From NCBI GenBank assembly GCA_977030845.1, contig OZ365111.1:40920001-40984000 (forward strand): a DNA stretch of 64,000 nt, written 5' to 3'. The notes under the pieces are model-generated. The model ran no database searches and was not told the DNA's origin. It saw only the letters and a program-made list of their open reading frames with translations. A program made the position numbers and the translations under genes. The DNA is from Fimbriosthenelais zetlandica. Its lineage: Eukaryota. Positions 40,493 through 54,952 of this stretch are shown in pieces; positions within the stretch are counted from its first letter, which is position 1; each line of letters begins with the position of its first letter.

Positions 40493-43400
40493 TTTCCAAT
40501 GCCTCCCTCCTCAGGGTTGTACATATATGTTCTAGAAATATCCATTGCACAGAAGGCAATGTAGTAATGAACATAGAAAGAGCCCCCAGCTGAAAATCAT
40601 ACGAGAAACTTGAGTACATGTAATCAAGAGTTTGAGCTGGTATTCACCCATAACAGGTTCTATAAAAAATTATAACTAAAAAAAAATGGATGTTCGTTGC
40701 TTGACTGGCTTTATGAGGGAAATTTTTGTTTTCCCAAAAGAATCTTACCTGATATGGAGACGCTTGGGTTTAAGATTCGCCTTCTAACATAGATTATAAT
40801 TAATTAATACATCTCTAAGTCATCTTTATGTCATGCAATGGAAAGCATTATTTTAAAAGTGGTAAATGAAATTCATTTCACCAAAGCCTCATGCATGACC
40901 ATAAAAGCTAAGGTGGGGAGATGGAGGATTAGGCATTAGGCCGCTGGCTTCATGCATCAGTGGCCACTGAGAGGATTAAGGGTAATTATGGCATTAGTAC
41001 ATGGTGGCTGTCAATAGTAATGTGTAGTTAGTAAAGCGGGGTATACATTTCTTTGCCCAGAGATAAACAATTGTTGGTGGAGGTATAAGACCCCTGAAAC
41101 CATGACAATTTTCCGCTGAAAACACTACCCAATATTAATAAATCTGAACTTTATACCCCGCGTTATATTCTCTTTACCCAGAGGTGAGATACTACCAGGA
41201 TTTTTAACAGTGTAGAGTCCAGTGTCCAAGGAATCAATATTGTATCAGATTTACCCGCTGTTTGAATTATGGCTTGAACAGACCAGAGTGTTTTTGCGGT
41301 GGCGCAGGCACAATTTTATAGATGCACACTTTGTGCATCGCTAGCGTGCGCGCCTAAATCGGGTAGCCTTTGCGATTCTATTAGAAAATCTAATCGGCAT
41401 TCTCAATCACTGTTTTTTTCTGTAGTCGTTTGACAAGAAAATGGAGGCATTCACAGTCTGTTCCAGCCATAATATTGGCTTTTACGAAAAGGAACCGGAA
41501 GACCACGCTTCATATATATGTGTTCTGCACTAAAAGCCACGCCACTCAAAACAACATTAGAATATGATTCTTCTATTTCCAGTCTAAAGTGTATGTAGAA
41601 AGGCTTTGAGCCTTTCATGACAGCAGTTGTCTGGCATTGCAAAACACTTGGCAGAATCGTGAGTGCTGTGAAGAAAAAAAAAACACGTGTAGAGCGAGTA
41701 AGAGACGAGCTACGTAGACATTCTTAATGTTTAATCAACAGTCATCCCTGTGACTTTATCTCTGGCTTTCCCATCACGGGGAATAATTATTGATTAGTCC
41801 TGCCCGCAATTATGTTTCGGAAAAAGCAGCCCGGCCATTAATCTTGATCTATATGCCATTGTGTATGGCTTGAGTGTGGAAGTAACAGCGGCTGAAAAAA
41901 AGTTGAGTGTTTAACGTGTTGACGATCGATCTCTGGCACTGGCCCACAATGACTGTCATTCTGCCCTCAATCTTTCTATCCCATTAACTTGGAAGAGAAC
42001 AGAAAGGCTGGAGTAATTTGAAATGTAATGGAATCCCGGTTGTAGGGAGAGTAAATCTTGAAGGAAATACACATATTATGATGATTAAAGTCATAAAAAC
42101 TATAGGGACGTGGTAGTATAGCGGTAGGCCAAAGGATTATCGCTTTACAGCCCGTTTATATCTAGATATAGGTATATATGGTTGAGGAAGACTCACTGAA
42201 CTGAGAGATAGGCAACATGGAATGTTGTGATGCAGTAAAAACAGTTGAATTGATTAAGGCAGGTTAACAACATCGTCCGGGGATCAATCATTTGCATTTA
42301 AGGACCGGCCGAGGCGTGCTAAGTGGGATGTGGATCCCTTAAATGCACAGAGGTAAATTCAGAAGAGAACAGAAATCGTCTGATGAGAGAAATACATCTA
42401 AGACCTCGAGGCGATGCACGGTACAGAAGGACACAGTTATTTAGAACTTAATAGTCTGTGTTCAAATCAGGAGCTCGTTGAGATCCATCAAGCAATATGG
42501 GAGATAAGAGGACTAGATTAATCAGGCTCACACACCTCCGGCGGAATGAGGTTTTAGGTCAGCCAAGTACCAAGCTGGCAATGCCTGGGGGAGTCGTACA
42601 ATGGGTTGCAATGCTTATGTGACCTTAACCCAACCCAAGGTGTCTTCTTCATGGAGCTAACACGCATAACAGAGAAGTAATCAGAGGGAAATGCCTGCAG
42701 CATTGCTTGCATATTTCAATGGAAAAACCCCATGAAATATGGTTTTTATTATAAGGAAATCTGACATTCCCGAGGCCCTTCTAAAATGACACCGGTTACT
42801 AAAAGGAAGGTGTCAGAATGACAGGAATGACCCTATCCTTCTTAGCAGCCTTGCAAATAACAACTAATGCTCTCCTTGTGAAGCTTTCCACCAGCCTCCT
42901 TGTACACATTTCCAGCGTCAAACAAGTAAAAACCTATGCGTCTTCTTTTCGCAGACGCTCTGTCGACGTCCAAATCCCCCTCCATTACCACTTGTCCCTG
43001 GGTTCTACACTTTCAGTTTGAAATGTCTCTCACTCTCTCTCTCATTCAAGTCTTCTTTTTTTTACACTCAAGCTTCCTCTTGTGATCTGGTGACAAGTTT
43101 GCTCCTGCCTCCCACAAAGTGAATGTTTCATCTTTGTTGGGGCTGGCTTTTAAGGTTTTGTGTGTGTAAGCGGTGCTATTGGCAGGTAGGGCAAGCGTCT
43201 GAGGAACCTGACCTCGTGCAGAGCTGCAGCTGCTGCTTATTTTCTTCTACCTTCTCCCCACCACCACCTCCTCCCCTCCCCACCTCCTCCTCGCCTTCCC
43301 TTTCCTCCTTCAGTCTGTCAGCTTGTTCCCCCAGCCTTGATAAATTATTCAAACATCAACTTGCACCTTGGACGTGTGCATTTCACGCGGGCGTTCTTTT

Positions 43401-46011
43401 GATGTAAGGAAATGATGAGTTGGAGCATGCATCCATACAACCCTCAGCCAGGCGTACGTTCCTATTTGACTTGCCTTCCATAATCAATTGCATGCCCTAT
43501 ACTATCACTATTCGGTGCTCCTTCCAAAGAAGTGCTTTTTTATCCATCTAATTGTGGTTTACAATACCCGGGAGACAACCTCATGCACTCACTCCTATCA
43601 CACTATAATTTGGGAAACATGATCTAGCCTAAATAAACACTTTCTTAATACCATTAACCTATAAAATTTGCGATTGCATCAGACTACATAACTGATACTC
43701 AGAGACACCTCTTTCTTTGATTTCAACATATTCTCAATATCATACTCCCATTTCTTCAAGTTAAAAAAATAAATGGAATCCTAATATTTAAAAGTTAATT
43801 TAAGCGGGAATTTAATCTGAGGAGGTAGAAACTCCGTAATCTCCCTGCATTTACTGCGAAGCAAAATGTCCTATATAACCTGAAGGCGAGTCGAATTTCA
43901 TTTTCAATTTCTTCTTCGCTTTTTTTCCTTCTCCTTTCAGTAGAGAGGTTAGCAAACAGAACGAGCAAATCCAGACTGGAGAAGGTAGAGGTAGGAGGAG
44001 CTGTAGGGGGAAATGCTAGGCAGAGATCGTGGCAGAACACGGCATATATGAATGGGAAGCATCTATAGAAGCTTCCATACTACACTATAACCCAAAATTT
44101 CTACTCCTTTATCATTCTTTGTTTTTTTAAATTTGTTACTTAAATAAAGAAACTTTAATATAGTAACAACTTTCAGTATTACAACGTCCTACTGGTATCT
44201 TTTCCTACACAGTCAGTTTACTTTTCATAAGTGTGCAGACATTAATGTCAAAAAGAATTATTACGTTTTTAAAGTGAACACAAAACTTCGAATGATGATG
44301 TATCTGTGGGCTATAGGTGCATGCTTATTGAACGCACAATCTCACATGGGTCCAGCATTCTATGAGCAGGCTATCAGGCTATGCCTCTAGCTGTATATAG
44401 GCAGGTCTATGTCAGATTGGCGGGAGGTAGGACGGAGGTGGAGGGGGGGGGGGGGCGAGCGCCAAAGTCCCCATCACCAATCCCCCGACCACCACCACCC
44501 CCTTTTCGTTCCACCCCCCATCACCTTCCCTCCACACACAAAATGTTATTCACCTGGCGAGCCCTGAGGCCATCCTTCCCTATGTCTACAGTCTCGCCAT
44601 CCAAGCCCCGAGGGCCCTTCACAATCAAGCAATTGCTTTTCCTTCAAATAACACCAATGCCTTCACTGATATACACAGGTCGGGATGCGCACCTCTCTAG
44701 GTATATCGCTGATAATACCGTGTTTCAATAGCTTATGCCAACGAATATATATATAACCTATATTCTATAGGCATATGAATGATAAATTTTAATTACACTC
44801 AAAGTATTGTTATCCTTTTATTCTTCACCCTCGTCATCCATCAATCAATCTGACCAAGAACAGCAATCGGACAGAAGATACTGTCAAATTTTAATTTCTC
44901 ATTTTAAAAAGCAAGGAGGTAATGGCAGTGGCAATCAACATGGGCGATATTTGAGCCCAGTCTTCTTCACTCTTCCTCGGTTTAATAAACAGAAAAGGAG
45001 GGAATCGGTTAAATCTTTCTTGTTAAGGAACAATATCCTGAAGTTGGAAAAAGAAAGCTTTTAGCTTTTAGCTCATATTTGTGCCGGGGTGTCATCACAG
45101 GCAGAAGTTCGCATTGCTTGGGAAAAATCCAACCGAGCACAGGGCAGAATTGGAGAAGAAAAATCAAAATCCGGAAGTTTTATGTTCCGAGTTTGCCAAG
45201 GTTGTTGCTGAACTGGGCGCACTCGCGGCTAAAGGGTGAGCTTTGCATAAGACCTTAAACACATTGCCCCCTTATTGGCTTAGGCAAAGCGGAAAAGATA
45301 TTCTGGCAGAGCAATTGGTATACTGGACCCTTGCAGTGGTATGTGGTTAGGGAGGAAAGGTCAGTGGGATAAGCCAAGTGGAGCAACACAGTGTGGTTGA
45401 ATCATCAATTGCTTATTGGTTAGCTACACTGAGGAGGTTCTTTTGCATTGCGTTTTGCGATTTTGTTGCAGTTGTAGCTGAGTTTTCTATGGCATCATCT
45501 GCCATAAGTGTGGCAAATAGAGCACAATATAGGCACCCTTCGCAAATCGCAAGCCCGTGTTAATGCAGTTACAGTTTACAGAAAATCCAGCGGATCTACC
45601 ATATATAAAGACTGATACGTTCGAGTGATGAGCACAAACCCACACACGGCTGTAAGGGTATTTCTGTCTACCGACTGTGTGATTTCCTTTATTCATTCCC
45701 ATAATGATGAATGATAACATCCGTGGAGTGTACTATTAGGGCGAGTATATAGCTCCCAACCATGTTCTTAAAATGTCATTTAGGTGCTCCGCTTCAGCAT
45801 AAATGAAGCAAGACTAGTGCCCGAAGCCATATAGGAAAATTTCAAAGATAATTTGTCCCCGCACAAAGTCGGGATCTATATATATGGTCTGTGTACCTCA
45901 TCAAGAGCAAATAAAATGGGAACGTGGGATGGAGTTAGATAGGATGAGAGGAAAATTATACAAGCTGCAGTGGGTCTTTTGTGAGGTATATTTATTGCAC
46001 TTATATCTTGG

Positions 46012-46379
46012 CCATCAAGGTATCAGAGATAAATAGAGAGAAAATCCCAATGCTTCCAGTTGAATGAAATAATCTTCATATATAATCCACGGATGTTCCG
46101 TGAACCTATATTTCTTTTTATATCTCTTTTTGGTAGTTGTGTAGCTTCTTACTTTCTTTCTTCTATAATAATGCTGTATAAACATCTTGAATAACAAAAA
46201 AAAATATATATATATATATTGGGGGGAATAATATTGGCTCATATGTCAGCAAGAAATCTCCCCATCAAGGTATCAGAGATAAATAGAGAGAAAATCCCAA
46301 TGATTCCAGTTGAATGAAATCTTCATATATATATATTGGGGAGAATAATATTGGCTCATATGTCAGCAAGAAATCTCCC
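46012..46379. repeat. Tandem duplication with an internal ~130-bp deletion in the second copy
   Basis: CCATCAAGGTATCAGAGATAAATAGAGAG... at 46012 and 46262; shared tail ...AATAATATTGGCTCATATGTCAGCAAGAAATCTCCC. Confidence 0.92.
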
Positions 46380-47095
46380 TCTTCAAAAGAAATTAGAAGT
46401 CCACCATAGATATAAAAGCATCAGCAGAAATTGGATCGGGAATGTGTAAGAGAGGACACAACTTAATCAGTTGATGTAGGTCTGCTGAGTAGTTTTGCTG
46501 AGTTTTTAAAGAGACAATTTTTGTCTGGACAAGAGCGGGTTTGGTGAATGATTGATAAAGATGTTCCTATCCACACTTTGTCAGATAACAATCCCCCCAC
46601 CTTATCTCCGCCAAGGACAGATCATCCAGAGGCATGAAATTACCAACTCGGGAGTAGAAAGACAACAAGGACCGGGGCCCGGGACTGACGTGGGTGGTGG
46701 GCCGAGAGTCAATTAATCGCTTGTAATACAATCAAGAAGCCATCTAGCCAAATGAAACTAACATGAAACCATTAAAAATGGCATAAAGCAACAGTCAAGT
46801 TTCATGAGTAAATTCGGTGGCAATAGTATGGAAAAATTAGGCAATGCACTGCACTGGGAATTAATATAATGAACCTTGTTCAGTCTTGAACAAAAAAATT
46901 TGCAAATGGGTTTAGGTAGGAATTGTATAAACAGTGAGGAAGGAATGGTAAGGTTTAGAGACGACTGGGTGGCTGTGTTATTTGATTGCGGGTGGAGGCT
47001 GGGTTACTGCCATCAGAGAGTATATGGAGCTAATACATCAAATAGTAGCTCACCAGACAACCCAAGTCAACCCTCCGAGAGACGAGAGAGGGTGG

Positions 47096-47097
47096 GA

Positions 47098-47144
<47 letters not shown>

Positions 47145-47160
47145 GAGGGGAGAAAGAGAG
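47096..47160. repeat. (GA)n microsatellite followed by poly-G
   Basis: Direct inspection. Confidence 0.9.
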
Positions 47161-47705
47161 AACGCTTCTCTCTTATCCTATCTAACACGGCGTGAACCAA
47201 CACAAACCAGGCCAGTATTTGAATTAACTTCAGGAAAAAAAACTACCACCCTTCCTCTCCGAAAGTCTGCATAGGAAAATTGGGGAAAAATTCTATTGGA
47301 TTTGGGAAACACAGTTTTGACAGAGTATCTGCAAAGTGGATGCGGCTGTTCACAGATATGCTTTCCTTGTATAAATGCATCACTTGACGGCTAATTATAG
47401 AGAGCAGGAATGAAGTACTCTATATCATATTTCATATATACGGCCATGCCATGTAATCGTCACTCGCTCCCGCAGGGGTTGCCTGGGGGATAAGACTGAG
47501 CCCTCTTATCAAGGAGGGAATATTATCAAATTAGGCTTATTAACTGGAGGTGCTAGGATTTGTAATGGGAGAAATGGAGGGAGACATGTGTATGGAAATA
47601 AGGCCACAGGTGCAGTAAAGACTGGAAGGTGCTACATGGCGCCTTGACTTTATACATTACAGTGACATGCAACACTAGATTACAATCAGCCTGGGTCTAA
47701 ATTAA

Positions 47706-47901
47706 GGCTACCCTCCACTGCTGCGATTTTGCTTGCGACACAACTGCGATAAATGTGATGCTTGTGTGACAATGAAAAAAAAATCCACTTGAGGATGGCC
47801 ACAAGGCCTTGGTCACCTCAACAATTTTTAAATTTTATTGAAACACAAACATCACTGTTGTCGCACTAGCCAGTGTAAAATCGCAGCAGTGGAGGACGGC
47901 C
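47706..47901. mobile_element. ~200-bp palindromic MITE, family A copy 2
   Basis: TIRs GGCTACCCTCCACTGCTGCGATTTT / AAAATCGCAGCAGTGGAGGACGGCC (22/25), flanked by TTAA on both sides; homologous to 31923-32120. Confidence 0.88.
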
Positions 47902-50900
47902 TTAAGATTTACTAATATTGGAAGCCATCTAGAAGCCACTTGAATTTCCAGACTTGAATTCTATAGCAGTGACGCGGTTTTTACCATTGTAATGTGCTTC
48001 ACTCAGGGAATTTAGAAATAAGGATTATAGGAAGGGATGACTAATGCAGCAGGATTCATGGAAGCAGGAGGCGACACCCATGTCAGTGCATGCATGTATG
48101 GCTGGGTGATAGAGGGGTTGGTTGTGGGGCGGGGGGCGAATATTTGTTTAACGTCCAGTGAAAAAAGTGGAAAGAAAAGTATTGTTGGCACATAAACGAA
48201 TGCTCTTCTCGATCTGCAGAAATGGGAAAGATGGAAGTTTGGAGGGACATATATAAGAGAAAATGAATCAATACCTTCTTGGAATTACAAATTTGTTCGT
48301 GTAATAACATTATTGTCCAGTGGCCACAAATTGAGTGAATAAATGTAACTGAAGGCATGCAGGTAATACTATAGTTTTGTAATTTGTAAAAATGTAATTT
48401 AATTTAATCGCTGATATGAGGCTTCAATAATCAAGATTCACATTTAACTGCTTCTGGTGAAACCTAAAATTCACACCTAAAATTCACAAATGGGTTCTGC
48501 AGATCAGGCGGGTAGGGGATTGTATTCAGATCAAATTAGGAGATAGAAATGTAGGAAATGAGAGCGGTGAGCAATAAGTCGTGACGTTCGGGCACATTCA
48601 TCAGCTTCCAGCAAGAATTAGCCGGAAGATGATTTACGGCTTTCAGTTTAAACTTATTTCCTGCACTCGGGCGAGCACTCAACTATTCCACCGAGACTCC
48701 CGACTGGACCATCGCCAAACGCATTTGCTAAAGAGCTGAAATGGACCAGTTTTTTGTGGGGTTTCTCTGAATGTTTTGTCATCCCATTCTTCATTATTAT
48801 TTCTCAATTGGAGAGTAAATTTATAAGGTCTTTCTATGGAGACAACCATTATGGAATAATATGTGGCTTCTGTATTTGCTATGAACTGCGTTATGAAATA
48901 TAAAATGCCTATCGCAGGATCAGTAACAGAATTCTCCATTTCCTAGTATCTAGCCCAAAATAGAACTGCGCAGTCAAATATAAAATAACCTAAACATCAA
49001 CTTCCCATAGAATATTGCTGTTCAGTATTACATGATGAGACTTCACGCAGAAAATGTCACAGCAACACGTTTAAAAAAAGAGTTGAATCCAAGTTACGTG
49101 AGACACGTGTTCTACTTCACATTTCATCTGAACAGAGGCCCAGCATTATAACCTGTTTTCCATGCCACTGCTAGTTCCCATTTAGAATTTCAGAGCCCTC
49201 CAACTCATGCTCTTGCGTGATATGCTTAATAGCTTTTGGTGACATTTTGCTTTTTGTTAGTTCCGGTGGAACCACAATAAGAGTGAGCTGGTGTATAGGG
49301 AGCAATGCCAGATGACAGTTGCTAATGTCAGTGGGAGTGGGGAGTTTGGGGTGTTCAAAGGTTCCGAAGTTAGAAGATCCCTGGAATATATATATATATA
49401 TATATATAGGCATTCCAGGTGACTAGACGGAACCTTTACTTATGAGGAGTGAAGTGGGAGGAGGTCACGCTAACTGTCTAGTTGGTCACACCGGTGTCCA
49501 TTCGAGCAGGTGGGGCACGCTTTCCCCCGGCCATTATCTGTCTGAATCAGAGTGACTACCACTAGCGATATGCATCAGACTGTCCCATAAACCTCCCCTT
49601 TTCCTGACAATGACTTGACATAACCCAACTCCATAAAAGCTGCACTCTGAGAACAATCAGCCGGCCCTGTCAATGCTGGTTCTATATTATAGCTCCTATA
49701 GATACAACATGGTGCTATAAGGCATTTGGCACAACAGCCAAAAACATGTTTAGTTCTGGGTACATATATATATATATATATATAGGTTATTAATAAATAA
49801 CTAATACCCAAGCTGGTTCTGAATATACATGAAGCATTGGAGTAATATTCATTTCCCTTCTCTGTATATACATTTACTGTAATGAAAAGGACTTCGCCAA
49901 TGGCTAGACAGAACTGCATGGCTTCCATTTCATTTCATTTCCTCAAGCTCAACCAATTCAGCATATATATATAGAGAGAGAGGAGTCCAGAAATAAAGTT
50001 AGTTAGTCACAAAAGCCAGGGCCCTGGAGAATATAGCCTCTCCCACTGACATGCTGGATCTTCTTAAGATTTTATTCCTCCTTTTAGTCCGGTGAAAGGC
50101 CACCTGGGCTGATTGCTTTGGTCTAGACTGAGCAGGTAGTGTCTGGGCATATAGCGCAGGGCAGACACTTAGTACATGAAGGGGGCTGGTCAAACGGGCA
50201 AGTAACATGCAGATCGCGGGTCCAAACAGATCCAGATCTATTGACCGACATCAGAAGCAGCTAAAGGGACAGGCTGAACCAATGTCCTATAGACATTGAG
50301 ATCAGTAACAGGTCCTGTTTTCAGCTTCCACCAGCTCGTAATAGCTCCTATATCAGGCTTAGCCAGCCCAAGGAACTGCCAAATGAACCAATCCCTGTTC
50401 CCACCCCGACCCCTAAATACACTGCCAAATTCACTCATCCCAGAATCGGAATTAGCAGAGGCATGCACTGTTGCTCACCAGTGAAAGTTCTGGTCGGGCC
50501 GAGGTTTTCATATCTTCATAACGATTTTCTGTAATGGAAAAGGGTGGCAGCGATTGATCTTTGGCCCAGAGATAAGGACTGCCAGACAAGGGGTCTCCAA
50601 ACATTCTTCAGCCTGTCCAAATGGCACATCTATATTCCTCGAGAGTCCCTCCCACCACCTCGGCCTTTCCTTAAATCTTCACAATTGAGTCTATCGACTT
50701 AAATAGCTCACTTCTTCCCTGTAGCCTTTTTCTTTGGTAATTGGCCCATGTAAAATGAGCCAGTTTGCCTTTCACAATATATTTTCACACCAATTGAAAT
50801 GAAATATTGTCCGTCTCGGCCAGCCCCTGGAGTCATGGGTACTATATGGAGTAAGCCGTGTGCCTGTTCTTAACTACTCTCTCATCTTTTGTCCAGTGTT

Positions 50901-53900
50901 GTGGCGAGGTAATGGAAAGATTTTCCATGCTCTGGGTGGGCGGAGAGGCGATAGGCTCCTGGTCATCAGATAGCTGGAGATGAAAGCATGCACACACAGA
51001 ATCCATTATCTTTTGTGTACTGACGCTGGCGAGTACAATGCTGGAGCGCGCTCTTCTGGTGTCTGTAAGCCACACCCGACATGCTCCATATTGGCCCAAG
51101 AAATCAATCATAATGAATGAGGGAATGGAGACGGTATGTGGGCATATCAACAACCTGCCATGAATTGCTCTGATCAGCTATATTGTTAATTCAATGGAGA
51201 AGACTGCTAGTTCCATTGCCTCAATATTTTATATCTCTCATGGCTTCAAGACTGAATGTCTTGTATGGGAACATATGAGAGAAAATTAAACTCACATTCA
51301 TGGTTCATGACAATACGTAATCATACTTAAAACTCCGCCTCAACAATGCATTTCCCGAGCAATTACCTTAAAACCGCTCGAGTTTAGTCAATGATTCGGC
51401 AGTGAGCTATAGGAGTTCGCAAGGGCATTTCAGAACAAACATCATGCGAGTTAAAGAGTACAATAACCCATGACGGGATCAACAAAACTCAAGGTTGCTA
51501 CCATAAATATTATTTGAAGGAGGGAGGAAATTAAGATTAAAAACCGGAGACCTAATTGTGGAAGGGCTTGTTCTGTTCTATTTTTTTCAATCAGAACATC
51601 TCTGCTTTTCATGTGGATGCTTCACTTAAGTGCAGCCGCGTGTAAATTGCCTGAAGGAAGTGAACAGGCTTTCATATGTACAGAGCATCCCATCATTGAA
51701 GGGGAAGAAAATTAGCGGTTTCACATGCAGGAATTGGCCTGCAGACCCAGTGTGATAAGTGGGTTTTTAACGGGCTGCACATAAGCAATCGCTCCAGACT
51801 TTAGGAGTTTCACAACTGCTGCCGTTTGGAAAGCAAGGAGAAAGAGAGACAAGGGAGAGGGAGAGAGAGAGGGAGAGAGAGACAGCCTGAGGAAGTGCAG
51901 CATGCAACACGCTTATTTCAAGCCCAGATTCCAGAGCAAACATCATGCGATGCAGCAGGTTGTTATCGGAATCCTTTGGATCCATTTTTATTGCCCAGAC
52001 AAGTATCGGTGTCAAGGATGCCGACAGACAACACAATTCCACCTCAGAAAACAACATGAGGTGGTAAAAAATAAACTTGAAATAAATATGTAAATATTTT
52101 CCTCTTTGCATTGTTTTTACTATTCGTCTTGAGTTTGATTAAATCACGAAGAAACAAGCAGAGAGAGAGCCTCGATGTTGTATCGGCTAGAGCTATTAAA
52201 TATGAAATAGACTGCAGTGAAATCAGTGTAGTTAGAGTGACTTTTCTATGCGATGTAATTTCATTCAGTAGGCAGTATAATTGCACTCCCTGACAATGTC
52301 ATATTGTCAGTCGCTGCTGCATTATACAGCCCACAAAAACATACACTTCTGTATAAGTTATATAAATACTACTGTCAGCGAAGTAGGACATTAATATTTA
52401 ACAGACAGTTAAATGAATGTTCAGACAGGTGGGTGGCGGTTCATTTTTACACTTCAACATATCCAACATGCATAACTCTGTTGGGAATGTGCTAATGCCT
52501 CTACCCGAGAGGCGAATTAAGCGGAGTGGGTAAAACCAAAGGCAGTGCGTGTAAATGAAGATATATTTTCAGCACCGGTTTATTCCTGATCTGTTTAGTG
52601 GATGTCGAGTGCTATTATATCGCCCACCAGTGTTAGTAGAGGCAATGTCTGGCTAGCTTTCCCCCCTCAGCTTCGAGAGCCTCTTCAACTTTAATTGGAC
52701 ATGAGTGGTCTGCAGCAGAATGTGGCAACACTTGCGGATGGCCAATATAATGCTGCATGGTCCCATGCTACAGCAGTGTCAGTCTGTCCATGGTAAACTC
52801 GGCCTCCCCTGCATCTCCCCCGATACAGAGAGATTGGACAGCACTTGGACCAGGCAAGAAAAAACCATCAAACCAGACCAGGTTGGGAATAAATGTCACC
52901 GTGCTGACATATGTGACAGTGTTGTATCCCTGTCAATGACCAGTAAAGGTGATGTCAATAGAGCAAGCAGAGGAGGAGTAGTGGGCCAGGTTAGGGTAGA
53001 AGGGTCCAAGTATGAAGTATCATATTGACTATAAGAAGTCCTCGATTAACGGAGGAAAAAAACGCATTCGGATAGGGCCCTTTAATTGTTCATTGCTTGG
53101 TGATGGATTGAAATGGGCACTCCATTTGCAGGACTTGTTTTAGGGAGAAAGGTTTTTTTCACTTTCTTTTTCAACTCTGCACAGAGAACTAGCCTGCAGT
53201 TCAACTGTTCTCGCCCACAAATTGATTTAAAAAATGTTTTTGAAGTTTTCCACACAATCATTATTCATTGTGGTTACTAAAGATAACCCACGTAATTATA
53301 ATTTGACTTGGATTTAAAAGCTTCTGCCACGTGAATATTCATTTTATCCTTAATACTAAGAATATTGATCCTTAATACTATGAGTAGGCCTATAGGAAAA
53401 GTTCTTGGAACACAAATTCCGTTTACAGTAAATATTGAAGGTTTGTTAAACGGGAAAATCACTAGTACCATGTAGGGTTTTATAGACACAAAATTTCAAT
53501 TATTTATCCTCAAATACATTTGGTGAAAAATATAGAATATTTAGTAAGTTATTTCAAGAAACCATTTGTAGATCTGGGGGTCAATGACGTCACTCACTCT
53601 GCCAGTGGCGCCCTCTGATGAATATAGGCTTAATCTTTCCGTTGCCGCCAATAGAGAGGAATAGGCATATATATTCACCAAATATATTTCAGGATAAATA
53701 ATTCAAGTTTTTGGTTTTTAAAACCCCGCTTGATACTATAGTGTTTTACCCTTCAATTAAACCATTTCCAACCAGGTATTCATTGCAGCCGATGCCGGTA
53801 GTGTTTATAGACCGACTTGGATCCATATGAGGATCCATGCCTGGTGGTGATGTATCAGCTTGGTAGGTCTTATCTCAGCCGTAATCTACCCTTATCTGAC

Positions 53901-54952
53901 TACCCTCTCTCCCTTAACGCTCAATAGTCATCAAGGGGAACATCAAAACCGGGAGGCGAGACCGGGCAGTGGAGGCAATTGATGAGAAGTGGTAAATCTG
54001 GTCAAATCTCGGAGGATATTTTTTTCTTTAAGTTCTTTAAGTGAGGCTAGAGGGTACGGCTTTGGTTAAGGTTCGTGGGTTGAGTAAGGCGAATGGAATC
54101 CCCCCAGACCAATTTTTCAGGGCTGTTAGAGAGTGGCCAACTCTCAGATGGTCTAGTTTTGATTTGAGTGAAAAAAGTTCAAAGAGAAAGGTTTCCGATC
54201 CATTCAAGTTCGGTCGATGAATCTTGGCAAATATGAAAAATAACAAAATAACCCAGATTGTTTTTTTGAGCCGAATGCATTGCCAGGTTGCATTAAATGT
54301 TATATATCAACAAAATATATCAGAGCTGAACATATTTATGTCCACCGCCACTGCGATGCCTCTTTACAAATCAGAAGGACTGATTTGTTAGGCATACAAA
54401 TGGCCGTTTTGGGTCTCGGTAGGACAATTTATGGAAGGCTAGATTGGAGGTTGTTATACTAGGAGGATAGGAACGAGTGTGACAGTAGACGGGATAGAGG
54501 ACAGGGAGAAGGGGGGGGGGGGGGGGAATGACAATACCATGATTCATGTATTATTGCTTATGACACATCATCAGAAAAATGTCACCATGGAAGCCCTATT
54601 GGCAAACTGGTGAAATACGATGCCACATAGGTTTGCATTTTTAATGCAGGACAGCCTGAAATCTATCATGAGCCCTGTCCTTGCATTTGTAGTATAGTGA
54701 TCCATCCGCCAGTGTACAACCATCAAGCTAGTGTAATACAGTGAATATTTTTCTAATATTTCCCAACCAATGATACCGAACATGCAGTCCCATATCATTT
54801 ACACTCAACGTTCAAAGGTTCCATTTTTTAGATTAAACATAATGCAGATTAAAGTAGTCCAGAGATAATAGAGCCATTAGACTGATATTGATTACTTCAA
54901 GTCACTGGATGAAGCTTTCATGTGGAAAGCGCACTTTTTCCTCCCAGATATA

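Noticed and set aside
40748-40800. Strong minus-strand donor CAG|gtaaga in intron 1
   Set aside because: No ATG or acceptor gives an exon in the phase 2 needed to join exon 2.
43941-43984. Strong plus-strand acceptor (long pyrimidine tract + tttcag) with possible 44-nt exon
   Set aside because: No partner exons or recognisable protein on the plus strand; an isolated signal is insufficient.
43795-44040. Minus ORF with KKSEEEIENEIRLAFR, reminiscent of calmodulin EF-hand helix SEEEIREAFR
   Set aside because: No DxDxDG loop follows and there are no good splice sites on that strand. The K/E run is the complement of a plus-strand pyrimidine tract (43905-43940), so the resemblance is probably chance.
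53585-53592. Full CRE TGACGTCA
   Set aside because: A single 8-mer is expected about once by chance in 64 kb; no supporting context.
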